Position numbers and translations under genes: made by a program. From a virus (taxonomy: Duplodnaviria > Caudoviricetes), in IMG/VR virus record IMGVR_UViG_3300020045_006313, positions 1-34,786 of that record: a DNA stretch of 34,786 bases; one strand, given 5' to 3'. Below are positions 17,437-25,906 of the stretch, piece after piece. The notes under the pieces are model-generated. The model made no database searches and was not told where the DNA came from. It saw only the letters and a program-made list of their open reading frames with translations. The number at the start of each line of letters is the position of its first letter. Positions within the stretch are counted from its first letter, which is position 1.

Positions 17437-17849
17437 CCCATTCCCCATATCAACATGGCCGCGTCGCGCTGCTCTTGGTTAGTCTTGCCTTTGATCTTGG
17501 TGAGCTTTTCAAACATTTCAGCCGTGTACTTTGCTGTCGTTGGTTTAACTAACACCACTTTTACGCCTTCGGCTTCAATGCACTGCTGCAGCAACTTACC
17601 GGACGCGTGATTCTCGCCAACATTTTTGCCAATTTTTGCGGCCACGCTCATATTGCTGGCGCCGTGCCAATTAGCTTTTTCATTGAGCCAGCCGGCTTCT
17701 AAAAACACCGCCTTAATAATCGGCTTATTCAGCTGCACAAACTTCACAACGTCCACAAAGTACAAATTGCTCATTTCCATGCGCTTGGTGTCTTGGTGCA
17801 ATACGGCTATGCCGCTTTTATCAATATCGGGATCTATGCCAATGATCAT
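17433..17849 (-). CDS. RuvC-like Holliday junction resolvase
   Basis: MIIGIDPD..SGIAVL, VFLE and QRDAAML RNase H-fold catalytic motifs. Confidence 0.8.
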   Translation of the reverse strand: MIIGIDPDIDKSGIAVLHQDTKRMEMSNLYFVDVVKFVQLNKPIIKAVFLEAGWLNEKANWHGASNMSVAAKIGKNVGENHASGKLLQQCIEAEGVKVVLVKPTTAKYTAEMFEKLTKIKGKTNQEQRDAAMLIWGMG

Positions 17850-18262
17850 GCTGCTTTCAACCTTTCCGCTGCCAAGTCATTCTCAAACAAGATCAGCTCT
17901 TTACGGGCGCGCTCGATCACGTCCGGCGCCTGCTCCCTGATAAAGTCGTCGTATTGCAAAACAAGATCCGTCAACGTGGCCAACCCGTCGGAATTTAACG
18001 TAAATGATTGCTTTGCTTGGTACCGGTTATAAATATCAGTAACAAACGTTTTAAGCTTTTCTGCCTGTGCCTGTATGTCACGATTGCCCTGCATGATTCC
18101 AAGCATCATGATCGTATTTACCATGCGCGTTAATTCGTCGTATTGATCTTTACCGGCTTGGCCGCGGCGGAACACTAGCAATAAAGCATGATCTTTGATG
18201 CGGTCTTTACGCGGTGGCACAAAGCGCGCAAATAACGGGTGAATGGTTTTTTTATGCTGCAT
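17846..18262 (-). CDS. Hypothetical phage protein
   Basis: Helical 138-aa ORF coupled in the operon. Confidence 0.7.
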   Translation of the reverse strand: MQHKKTIHPLFARFVPPRKDRIKDHALLLVFRRGQAGKDQYDELTRMVNTIMMLGIMQGNRDIQAQAEKLKTFVTDIYNRYQAKQSFTLNSDGLATLTDLVLQYDDFIREQAPDVIERARKELILFENDLAAERLKAA

Positions 18263-18263
18263 G

Positions 18264-18566
18264 CTATAACCCCAAGGCCGTCATAAATGCAGGCTTGCCG
18301 ACTGAAAGTGATTTAGGCGGCTCTACAATATTGACAAATCTTCTCATTGCTTTGTACTTCGTTTTTTTGTTTTCAGTGACACGCATTACCGCGCCAATGA
18401 TAATTAAGCGGCTTAAATTGCGATAAACCGGCGACACATGACGCCCTGATCGTTGCGCAACTTCTACAGCTGTTAGCGGTGCGGCCTGTAACAGATTGAG
18501 GATCTTTTGATTCGTACCGTTGATTGCTTCAATTGCTGCCGACTGTGGCGTTAATACTTGTGTCAT
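18264..18566 (-). CDS. Winged-HTH protein (start revised to ATG 18566)
   Basis: AAGGA SD at 18572-18576; NQKILNLLQAAPLTAVEVAQRSGRHVSPVYRNLSRL HTH. Confidence 0.7.
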   Translation of the reverse strand: MTQVLTPQSAAIEAINGTNQKILNLLQAAPLTAVEVAQRSGRHVSPVYRNLSRLIIIGAVMRVTENKKTKYKAMRRFVNIVEPPKSLSVGKPAFMTALGL

Positions 18567-18933
18567 ATACGTCCTTAATTTCATAAACTTCGTTAGTTGG
18601 ATAACCAATTTTTGCCAGCCATTTATTTTTTTGATATAGCGCCATGGTGCGGTTACGGCCACGCATGAATAAATTAAATTCTTGATCTTTTGGCAATAGG
18701 TGCGCGTCATAGTACAAATGGCATTTGCGGCATGACGCGACGACATAATCATCGCCCGCCTTAATGCCTGTGCCATGGCCGTGTTCTTCATGATTGCTAT
18801 GCGCCGGCTCGCAGCCGTGGGCGCTATACCCTTGGCATACGTTCACTATTTGAAACTGGCAATCATTGACGCGGTGCGCTAAATTCAACATGCGACGATT
18901 GCGGTAAATAATCTTCTTGGGTTGCGGGTTCAT
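18529..18933 (-). CDS. DUF1364/YbcO-like zinc-binding HNH-like nuclease (nin region)
   Basis: CQFQIVNVC..AHSN..HGTGIKAGD..ASCRKCH. Confidence 0.75.
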   Translation of the reverse strand: MNPQPKKIIYRNRRMLNLAHRVNDCQFQIVNVCQGYSAHGCEPAHSNHEEHGHGTGIKAGDDYVVASCRKCHLYYDAHLLPKDQEFNLFMRGRNRTMALYQKNKWLAKIGYPTNEVYEIKDVYDTSINATVGSN

Positions 18934-19451
18934 TCGCCAAAGCCTCCTAAAATTGTTTCCATCATTTCACTGCGTTGCATTGGATCTAAATGCCTCCAAA
19001 GCGCTTTTTGTGCGTACTCTTCACGTAAAAAATTAACCATGTTGATATGCACCTCTTCCATTTCTGCCTGCTCTAAATCCGCATAACTGATTGACTTCGG
19101 GATAGGCATGACGCCGCCCTTGGGTGCCGCGATCCATTCCACAAAACCAGCGCCAACTTTTAGCCAAGATCTGAACGTTTCAAATTCTTGGAATTTCTCT
19201 TGCGACTCAAATAACGCTTGTTCTAACGCCATGTGTTTGCGGTGTTTCCAGCCAATACGCTTTTGGTTTGTTTTGATCGTGATACATTCACCGGCTTCTA
19301 ATCGGAATAAGTTATTAAACAAGCGGCGCCATTGCTTTTTACCTTTTTCGCCCAGTCCGTCAATGTGGCCAAACAAAACACGGCGCGCGATCTCTTTGTC
19401 GCTTTCGCTAATCTGTACCTCATGCTGACGGACGATGACGATCTCGCTCAT
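18930..19451 (-). CDS. DUF1367-like nin-region protein
   Basis: HRKHMAL..FETFRSWLKVGAGF..PKSISYA.LEQ.E motif. Confidence 0.75.
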   Translation of the reverse strand: MSEIVIVRQHEVQISESDKEIARRVLFGHIDGLGEKGKKQWRRLFNNLFRLEAGECITIKTNQKRIGWKHRKHMALEQALFESQEKFQEFETFRSWLKVGAGFVEWIAAPKGGVMPIPKSISYADLEQAEMEEVHINMVNFLREEYAQKALWRHLDPMQRSEMMETILGGFGE

Positions 19452-19456
19452 TGCAA

Positions 19457-19663
19457 TTACATTCCGGCCAATTTGGTTTTTGCGTGGGCGATAACTTTGT
19501 CATAGTCCAAGCCTTCCCATTCCGCACGTTTTTTGATCGCTTCAACGTAACCGGTTAAAGTGGCTTTTACGCCTGCTTTTTCGCCGCCATTTGAAAATTT
19601 ACCGATTCCATCAATGAATCGAATTTCGTCTAGGGTTGTGTGCGCGCTATGCTTTTGGCTCAT
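19457..19663 (-). CDS. Hypothetical protein
   Basis: HTTLDEIRFIDGIG motif; operon context. Confidence 0.65.
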   Translation of the reverse strand: MSQKHSAHTTLDEIRFIDGIGKFSNGGEKAGVKATLTGYVEAIKKRAEWEGLDYDKVIAHAKTKLAGM

Positions 19664-19865
19664 TTGATTTTCCTAATCGTTTATAAAATAAATCAGTTAC
19701 TTTTTTCTTCAATTGCGTTACATCGTGCCGTTCGTTGCCTTCAATTAATTGCTTTCTGTCCAGCCTTGGCTGCTCTAAAATCCATCGAGCCGTGCAATCA
19801 ATACAGGCCATTTCATAAGATCCCATTTCATGCGCCGCGCTTGGGTAGCAGCTTTTGCAAGTCAT
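19647..19865 (-). CDS. Small Cys-rich (CxxC...CxxC) protein
   Basis: MTCKSC...CIDCTAR. Confidence 0.65.
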   Translation of the reverse strand: MTCKSCYPSAAHEMGSYEMACIDCTARWILEQPRLDRKQLIEGNERHDVTQLKKKVTDLFYKRLGKSNEPKA

Positions 19866-20137
19866 CGCGCCGGTGCGCTAAAATCCGTTGGCTTGTTGAT
19901 GTACCAACCGTCGTAAACCCTCCCGACGACGCGCCGCTTGGTAGCCGCCATTGATTTTGTAAATGGCGGCGGTAATTTAAAATGGCCGGCCGCTGCCAGC
20001 TCTTTCAAGCGATCGTAGCCGACGCCGGTTTTCTTGCGGATCTCGCCTATGCTTGGATATTTTGCCGTGGCCAAATAAGCGTTAATTGCAATAATTACTT
20101 GTTCGTCTGTTTTTTTGGTGCGTGTGGTTTTTTCCAT
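19862..20137 (-). CDS. Small HTH-like protein
   Basis: YPSIGEIRKKTGVGYDRLKEL. Confidence 0.6.
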   Translation of the reverse strand: MEKTTRTKKTDEQVIIAINAYLATAKYPSIGEIRKKTGVGYDRLKELAAAGHFKLPPPFTKSMAATKRRVVGRVYDGWYINKPTDFSAPAR

Positions 20138-20140
20138 TTT

Positions 20141-20620
20141 TTAAGCCTGTCTTAAATTTATTAATGCTTGTTCAGCTGAACGTAAAGAAATATTTGGCAG
20201 ATCTGTTGAATTTGCTGATAAGTTTTTCCAGTGCGCAACCCAGTCACGCGTAGGCTTGTTGTTAAATTTATTTTGAATTTCCTGTAACTTTTCTTGGGCT
20301 TTCTCAAATTCTTCATCGCTTATTTTTTTGGGTAACGCTTTGTGATCCTCATGCTGGACTTGTACACGGCAATTCATTACAAAATCATCAAGGCTAGGCG
20401 TGCTGTCGTATGTGTGATCTAGTGCGTTTTTTAAACGCTCTTTGCTCATACCGCCAAGGCGTGAAGCCCATACGCGCTTTGCGTTTTCAATACCCTTGTC
20501 TTTTCCATCTTCGGTTGTTTCACCTATGCGGAATTTATTAAAAAACGTATTCCCAAACCGTCCATGCAAATGCATGAAAATGAAATCAATCGTTTTAGTT
20601 TGCAATGGCGCGCTGTTCAT
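20141..20620 (-). CDS. Replication protein P-like (helicase loader)
   Basis: IDFIFMHLHGRFGNTF..AKRVWASRLGG..PSLDDFVMNCR; directly after the initiator. Confidence 0.7.
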   Translation of the reverse strand: MNSAPLQTKTIDFIFMHLHGRFGNTFFNKFRIGETTEDGKDKGIENAKRVWASRLGGMSKERLKNALDHTYDSTPSLDDFVMNCRVQVQHEDHKALPKKISDEEFEKAQEKLQEIQNKFNNKPTRDWVAHWKNLSANSTDLPNISLRSAEQALINLRQA

Positions 20621-21446
20621 GATCTACCTCGACAAGTGTTAAATTTGGTTGCAAATGCTGCGTGTTTTCTTCTGTAAAAATTGACTTTGCTGCGGACGCT
20701 ATCCCCTGCTCATAGCTTGATTTTGTTGACGGCATTGCGCCATTGTGTAGTTTTAATTCTGCGACTTCTTCGCGCTGGCTCTTCATGGTGCCAAGCACAT
20801 AACCAAACCCCTTGCCCCTTTCGGCTGCTTTTCTTGCGGCTTCTGCAAACTCTTGAGGCGTGGCTCCCGCTTCGATCAATGCGGTTAATGTTGGGTGCGC
20901 TTGCTGCAAGCCAATGCATTGCTTGTTCTGCAAATCAAATTCTCGTTTGATTGCAATGCACGCGCTGGCAATGGTTGCGACTTCAAAGCTATTACAATTC
21001 TCTACTGCGCGCCCTTGATTAATGGGTTTATATGGCTCTGGCTCTGGTGAGCTTTCGCCTTGGGTTCCATTTGGGTTATTTTCTGAAAACCCACTGGGTT
21101 TATTTTGGGTTTCATTTTTAGGCTTTTTGGGTCTGCCGCCTTTGGCTCCATTTAACCTAGCCGATACCATGGCCGGTTGCGCGTCGGATATTTCTTTTTC
21201 AGCTCTACCCTGCACATATCCGCTATCAGTTAATGTGAAAAATTGCTTCAAGATAGATGAAACGGATTTTCTTTCATCCTTGCTCATTGCCCTTGCGATC
21301 CTGCAGCATGCGTCAATGTCGTTTGGCAAGGCTGATTCCGTTGCGTAGTAATGATCTAGCAGCCTGTCATACGCGCCAAATTCAGCCAGCGACAAATGCC
21401 CCGTGTCGCGCTGAATATCGCCTATATAACGTTTATAAAAGTTCAT
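20595..21446 (-). CDS. Replication initiator, YdaU/DUF1376 family
   Basis: MNFYKRYIGDIQRDTGHLSLAEFGAYDRLLDHYY..NGAKGGRPKK; internal iterons. Confidence 0.88.
   Translation of the reverse strand: MNFYKRYIGDIQRDTGHLSLAEFGAYDRLLDHYYATESALPNDIDACCRIARAMSKDERKSVSSILKQFFTLTDSGYVQGRAEKEISDAQPAMVSARLNGAKGGRPKKPKNETQNKPSGFSENNPNGTQGESSPEPEPYKPINQGRAVENCNSFEVATIASACIAIKREFDLQNKQCIGLQQAHPTLTALIEAGATPQEFAEAARKAAERGKGFGYVLGTMKSQREEVAELKLHNGAMPSTKSSYEQGIASAAKSIFTEENTQHLQPNLTLVEVDHEQRAIAN
21023..21133. repeat. Probable replication origin iterons inside the initiator gene
   Basis: TGGGTT at 21023, 21061, 21072, 21095 and 21106, inverted AACCCA at 21088, TGGGTC at 21128; roughly 11-bp phasing with T-tracts. 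Confidence 0.7.
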
Positions 21447-21788
21447 CTAAGCAGCCTGCCACAACGCAGCATTAGCCATGTGCGCCCTTGGGTTTTCGAC
21501 TTGGCCATACCCTACTTTGATAATGATTTTTTCTTTAGCTGCACGTAAAAAAATACCGCCCCACGCTCTATTATTTGGCGGTAGCGGTAGCTCTAAAATT
21601 TCACTTGAAAACTGACGCACGGTTTCGCATAAAAAAGGCGCTTTATTTGTACGAATAAATGCTTCTAAAGCTTGGTAAGCCATTTCCGACCAACCATCAA
21701 AATGCTGATCCGCATTATTGGCTGCGACTAAAATCCCGCCATTTCTTAACTCGCGGCCAGTGAAAACTAATTCAGTTTGAATGCTCAT
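21447..21788 (-). CDS. Conserved phage hypothetical protein
   Basis: GRELRNGGI..W..A..F..E.VR..PPNNRAWGGIF..AAK..H..LW motif. Confidence 0.75.
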   Translation of the reverse strand: MSIQTELVFTGRELRNGGILVAANNADQHFDGWSEMAYQALEAFIRTNKAPFLCETVRQFSSEILELPLPPNNRAWGGIFLRAAKEKIIIKVGYGQVENPRAHMANAALWQAA

Positions 21789-22054
21789 TGCTTGCCCTCC
21801 GTAACTGTTGGATGGTTCTTTAAGACGTCATTAATTAAACTGGCTTCATCAATCTTGCTTTGGATATATTCGCCAATGATTCGCTCACAAATTTCACGCC
21901 TTGAAACAAACTCGCCGGACGTGCGCGTTTCAAATATTGCAAGCGCGTCCAGTACGTCCATTCTTGGCCGTGGCAACATAAAGCGTATTTCTGTTAATTG
22001 CTCGCCCGTGCGATTAACGCGCGAGTTAAGTGCATCTAAATTTTCGTCCGGCAA
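21785..22054 (-). CDS. CII-position regulator (RHH-like)
   Basis: TTG start with AGGAG SD 8 nt upstream; directly after cro; EIRFMLPRPRMDVLDALA..VSRREICERII. Confidence 0.6.
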   Translation of the reverse strand: MPDENLDALNSRVNRTGEQLTEIRFMLPRPRMDVLDALAIFETRTSGEFVSRREICERIIGEYIQSKIDEASLINDVLKNHPTVTEGKQ

Positions 22055-22090
22055 TTTATGCGCTCCTATTCAGTTAGGGTTATTTGATGA

Positions 22091-22324
22091 TTAAGCGGCT
22101 TTTGTATTGCGGATATAATTCCAGTCAACATCGCTGCGTAATAACTCACAGCGCACGACGCCGCGACTTTCACGCTCAATATTTATACAAAGTGATTCGC
22201 TCGGTGTTTTGTAGCCGTAATAAATATTTTGCAAATGTTTTAATGAAGTTCCGCAGCGTGTCGCAAAGTTTTCACGATCCGACATTGCTTCTATGCTTTG
22301 AATATACTTTTTTAGTTCTTCCAT
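22091..22324 (-). CDS. cro: Cro-like repressor (YdaS family HTH)
   Basis: RENFATRCGTSLKHLQNIYYGYKTPSESLCINIERESRGVVRCELLRSDVDW; divergent from cI. Confidence 0.88.
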   Translation of the reverse strand: MEELKKYIQSIEAMSDRENFATRCGTSLKHLQNIYYGYKTPSESLCINIERESRGVVRCELLRSDVDWNYIRNTKAA

Positions 22325-22332
22325 GGTGTAAG

Positions 22333-22361
22333 AGAATACACCGCACGGTGTACGTATGCAA
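22333..22361 (-). promoter_or_regulatory. PR-like promoter for cro
   Basis: Minus strand TTGCAT, 17 bp, TATTCT; operator in the spacer; ATG only 8 nt after the -10. Confidence 0.75.
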
Positions 22362-22376
22362 GCACTAAATGGTGAA
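22337..22376. promoter_or_regulatory. OR-like operators (CACC-N4-GGTG)
   Basis: TACACCGCACGGTGTA (22337-22352, perfect 7-bp arms) and AGCACTAAATGGTGAA (22361-22376); extra TGGTG half sites at 22324 and 22381. Confidence 0.8.
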
Positions 22377-22437
22377 TTTTTGGTGAATATATCTTTAATA
22401 GAAAAAATGGTTAAATTTGATGTTGAGGGGGAACTTT

Positions 22438-23124
22438 ATGAAAGACGCTGAATCGAGGCGCAAAGTGCTGGCTGATTTTGTGAAAAGTTATACATTAAGT
22501 GAAGCCAGTAAAATTTTAGGAAAGCCTGATCGTCAAGTTAATGACATGCTGGCTGGCCGGAAATCGTTTGGCTCAAAAGTAGCACGGGCAATGGAAAGAC
22601 ACGCAGTTGAAAATTTTGGTAAGTTGAATTTATTTTATTTTGAAGGGATTGATAAAGATCATGCGCCCCATGATGATGAAGTAGTACGTGACGGTTTAGA
22701 CGGTTACTTAAAAGTACCGTTTATTGGAAATAAAGAGCCAATTGGCAAAATTAACCAAGAAGCCGAGACAATTGCAAGCCTAATATGCCTTTCTAAGCAA
22801 TGGATTAATAAAAACCTACCATTAACAGGCGACATTCAAAAACTGGCATTCACTTATGTTGTAGGCGATTCGATGCAACCAACGCTTAATAACGGTGATA
22901 TGTTGTTAATTGATACCAGCATTAACACCACAATCGAAGATTCAATTTACGCTTTAGAAGTTAATGAAAAATTTATAATTAAAAGGGTTCGCCAACGTTT
23001 CGACGGATCATACGAGATTAGTTCAGATAACTTAGCGGTGAAAACTGTTGATATTCTCAACGATGAGTTTAAGATAAAAGTAGTCGGCCGCGCTGTTTGG
23101 GCGTGGCATGGTAAAAGAGTTTAG
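22438..23124 (+). CDS. cI: CI-like repressor with S24 peptidase domain (start revised to ATG 22438)
   Basis: N-terminal HTH; VVGDSMQPTLNNGDMLLID (Ser) and IIKRV (Lys); GAGGGGG SD. Confidence 0.9.
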   Translation: MKDAESRRKVLADFVKSYTLSEASKILGKPDRQVNDMLAGRKSFGSKVARAMERHAVENFGKLNLFYFEGIDKDHAPHDDEVVRDGLDGYLKVPFIGNKEPIGKINQEAETIASLICLSKQWINKNLPLTGDIQKLAFTYVVGDSMQPTLNNGDMLLIDTSINTTIEDSIYALEVNEKFIIKRVRQRFDGSYEISSDNLAVKTVDILNDEFKIKVVGRAVWAWHGKRV

Positions 23125-23195
23125 AATTACAATTGTTTATTTAAGATCATATAAACAATAAAAATACGCCCCTGCCCTGCGGATTTTCATTAAAT

Positions 23196-23219
23196 AACCT
23201 GCTTATGCGGGTTTTTTTT
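23196..23219 (+). terminator. Rho-independent terminator after cI
   Basis: AACCTGC-TTAT-GCGGGTT followed by a T-run. Confidence 0.85.
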
Positions 23220-23268
23220 CGTCCAAAAATACACCAAAATTCACCGCGTTTTAACTATTTTCATAATA

Positions 23269-23311
23269 TTCACCGTTTGGTGTTGCAATTTAATTCACCG
23301 TATGGTGTAAT
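23269..23311 (+). promoter_or_regulatory. PL-like promoter with two operators
   Basis: TTGCAA (23283-23288), 17 bp, TGTAAT (23306-23311); operators TTCACCGTTTGGTGTT (23269-23284) and TTCACCGTATGGTGTA (23294-23309); half sites at 23232 and 23242. Confidence 0.8.
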
Positions 23312-23355
23312 ACCACATCAACGCAATTTATCGCGGATCTGAAAAGGTGGAAATT

Positions 23356-23529
23356 ATGATCGGACTATTTGAACAAAACGCGCTACTCACAAAAGAAGTA
23401 TTAGCGCTCACAAAAAAAGTGATCCCTATCCCGACTGATCTTATGGCTAAGTCATTAGACGATCAAGGTTTGCGCATTGTGCATAAACCTAAATGTGGCG
23501 ATGACTACACCCCGCCGGAAGCAGCCTAA
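23356..23529 (+). CDS. Small early protein
   Basis: First ORF after PL; AAGGTGG SD before ATG 23356; ends PPEAA. Confidence 0.65.
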   Translation: MIGLFEQNALLTKEVLALTKKVIPIPTDLMAKSLDDQGLRIVHKPKCGDDYTPPEAA

Positions 23530-23531
23530 TC

Positions 23532-23783
23532 ATGATCTTACAGCGCAAAACTAAAGATCGCATTGCTGATATTGAGCAAGAGATACGCGGCGTTAAATCG
23601 CTTTACAACATTACCAGCTTTGAAACGCAAGTTATGGCCACGCTTAAAACGCAAGACTCAGCATCAGAAAAGCAATTCGCGGTACTTGATGGTATTGAGC
23701 GCAAGGTATTTGGTAAAACTCGCGCCCAGTATGAAGTTAAACAAACCGGTTCAGATCGTACAGAAACCATTTTGGAGTTTTGA
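23532..23783 (+). CDS. Hypothetical early protein
   Basis: SFETQVMATL..SASEKQFAVLDGIERKVF motif. Confidence 0.7.
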   Translation: MILQRKTKDRIADIEQEIRGVKSLYNITSFETQVMATLKTQDSASEKQFAVLDGIERKVFGKTRAQYEVKQTGSDRTETILEF

Positions 23784-23785
23784 TC

Positions 23786-24088
23786 ATGTTTAAAAATTTA
23801 TCCGTAAAAATGAAAGATGAAACCAAGGCGCACAGCATTGAAACGAAGGCCATGCGCGGCTGGACGCCATTATTTGAAAAGCCTGCAGCTGTATTTATTG
23901 AAGGCTTAAAGCCCGCAAATGATAGCGCGATCGCTGCGCAATTAATGCGCATGGAATTGACGCTGCAGCACAAAGCAAAAGAAGTAGATAACGCTAAATG
24001 GATGCGGTTGCAGGCTGACGAAGCCCGCGCAAAAGCTGAACAGATCGGTGCAATTTTTGCCTTGGCGCATTTGGAAGATGCGCTATGA
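23786..24088 (+). CDS. Hypothetical early protein
   Basis: GGAG SD before ATG 23786. Confidence 0.65.
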   Translation: MFKNLSVKMKDETKAHSIETKAMRGWTPLFEKPAAVFIEGLKPANDSAIAAQLMRMELTLQHKAKEVDNAKWMRLQADEARAKAEQIGAIFALAHLEDAL

Positions 24089-24219
24089 ACAGCGATCTAA
24101 AAATTATTTGCTGGATCCTTTTGGCTTCAACGATCTTGCTCACTTTTTTATTAGTTCAATCCGAGCAAAAAAACGACGTGCTAAATCAAAAATTAGTCAC
24201 GTTGAATTACAAAAATTAA
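24085..24219 (+). CDS. Small single-TM protein, 44 aa (not in ORF track)
   Basis: MNSDLKIICWILLASTILLTFLLVQSEQKNDVLNQKLVTLNYKN; ATGA overlap. Confidence 0.65.
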   Translation: MNSDLKIICWILLASTILLTFLLVQSEQKNDVLNQKLVTLNYKN

Positions 24220-24238
24220 CTTTATAAGGACTTCAAAA

Positions 24239-25249
24239 ATGGATCAATCCAACGTATTAAAAATGCCGGAAACCAACGAAGCGCTGGCCGTTGCCCCAAG
24301 CACAGAAAACTTATTATTAGATGTAGCGGCCATGAATCACATGATGAACGTCGCTAACTTTATGGCCGGCGGAACGCTTACCTTGCCGGAGCCATACCGC
24401 AAAAACCCTGCTAACTGCCTAGCTGTAATTATGCAAGCGGCACAGTGGAAAATGAACCCGTTTGCAGTGGCGCAAAAGACGCATTTTGTGAATGGCACAA
24501 TAGGTTATGAGGCGCAATTAGTCGCTGCAGCAATCAATCAATCAGGCGCGACTAAAGATAATTTCCATTTTGAATGGTACGGATCTTGGGAAAAGGTTTT
24601 GGGGAAATTCATCACAAAAGAAAGTCAAAAAAAGGACGATTACGGTAACGCAAAAAAATACAAAGTTACGGCTTGGGATGCAAAAGACGAGGAAGGTTTA
24701 GGGATCAAGGTATGGGCGACATTACGCGGTGAAAGCGAGCCGCGCGTACTGGATCTATTGCTTACCCAAGCCAATACACGTAACTCTACTTTATGGGCGG
24801 ATGATCCACGTCAACAACTCGCCTATTTAGCGCAAAAACGTTGGGCGCGCCTATATGCCCCCGGAGTCATCCTTGGCGTTTACACGATTGACGAGGCGGA
24901 AGAATTTGGCGTCGCAGAAAAAGACGTCACACCGCAATCACAAACCGGCGCCCAAGCTGCAGAAACTAACAAAAACAAGCCAGTGGATCAAACAAAAGAA
25001 CGTGAGGCGCTAATGGCCACGTTAAAAGTCGCAGCAGAAAAAGGTGTCGCAGCGTATCAGAAAGCGTGGGAATCGTTGGATAACGCACAGCGCTTACTTA
25101 TTGGTACCAAGTCACACCAAGAGTTTAAGAAAACAGCTACCACAGCGGATCAAACAGTTGACGCGCAAGTAGTCGAGCCGACTACATCATCCGCAGCCGT
25201 TGACGAATTTGCGGCCGCTTACGAACAAGCTGAACAAAACAATGCTTAA
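24239..25249 (+). CDS. recT: RecT-family single-strand annealing protein
   Basis: NPANCLAVIMQAAQWKMNPFAVAQKTHFVNGTIGYEAQLV..RNSTLWADDPRQQLAYLAQKRWARLYAPGVILGVYT. Confidence 0.88.
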   Translation: MDQSNVLKMPETNEALAVAPSTENLLLDVAAMNHMMNVANFMAGGTLTLPEPYRKNPANCLAVIMQAAQWKMNPFAVAQKTHFVNGTIGYEAQLVAAAINQSGATKDNFHFEWYGSWEKVLGKFITKESQKKDDYGNAKKYKVTAWDAKDEEGLGIKVWATLRGESEPRVLDLLLTQANTRNSTLWADDPRQQLAYLAQKRWARLYAPGVILGVYTIDEAEEFGVAEKDVTPQSQTGAQAAETNKNKPVDQTKEREALMATLKVAAEKGVAAYQKAWESLDNAQRLLIGTKSHQEFKKTATTADQTVDAQVVEPTTSSAAVDEFAAAYEQAEQNNA

Positions 25250-25904
25250 CGAAAACCTACTGTTAGCTGATCAACGCACCGAACAATGGTTTTTTGATCG
25301 CAGCGGCAAGTTTACTGGATCACGTTTTATTGACTTGCTATCTGATCCAACGACGAAAGCCTACAAAGATTTAATTAAAACAATTGTAGGCGATCGTTTA
25401 AGCGGCCAGTACCAAGATAAGGGCATTGATAGCAAGAGCTTGAAGCACGGCCGCGAAATGGAGCCTTACGCGGTTGAAGAGTACGAATTACAAACGGGTT
25501 TACTTGTTTCACCGGCGGCATTTATCAAGCATTCACTGATTCCATTTGTGGGCGCTTCACCGGATGGGTTGATCGGGTTAGACGGTGGGCTTGAAATCAA
25601 ATGCCCTTGGAATCGTGACATTCACCTAGCGCGCTTTGTGGACGGCATGGAGGCAGATCATTTGCCACAAGTGCAAGGCTGCATGTGGGTAACTGGCCGG
25701 AAATGGTGGGATTTTGTTAGTTTTGATTCGCGTGTATTGCCGCATTTAAGGTTCTACCGCCAAAGGATCTACCGCGATGAAGAATATATCGCCAAGTTAG
25801 AAAAGGCCGCCATGGTGGCCGAATTTGCAGTAAGGGAGCGCTTAAAAATGTATGACGAAAAGCGCATTCAAGAAATTTTAATCGAACGTGTAAAGGGAAA
25901 TTAA
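25242..25904 (+). CDS. YqaJ/lambda-exonuclease family protein (start revised to ATG 25242)
   Basis: QRTEQWFFDRSGKFTGS, GASPDGLI..GLEIKCP, PQVQGCMWV..WWDFVSFD. Confidence 0.92.
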   Translation: MLNENLLLADQRTEQWFFDRSGKFTGSRFIDLLSDPTTKAYKDLIKTIVGDRLSGQYQDKGIDSKSLKHGREMEPYAVEEYELQTGLLVSPAAFIKHSLIPFVGASPDGLIGLDGGLEIKCPWNRDIHLARFVDGMEADHLPQVQGCMWVTGRKWWDFVSFDSRVLPHLRFYRQRIYRDEEYIAKLEKAAMVAEFAVRERLKMYDEKRIQEILIERVKGN

Positions 25905-25906
25905 TC

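Noticed and set aside
18567-18791. N-terminal 75 aa of the 175-aa ORF 18264-18791
   Set aside because: Overlaps the DUF1364-like gene out of frame; SD-supported start is 18566.
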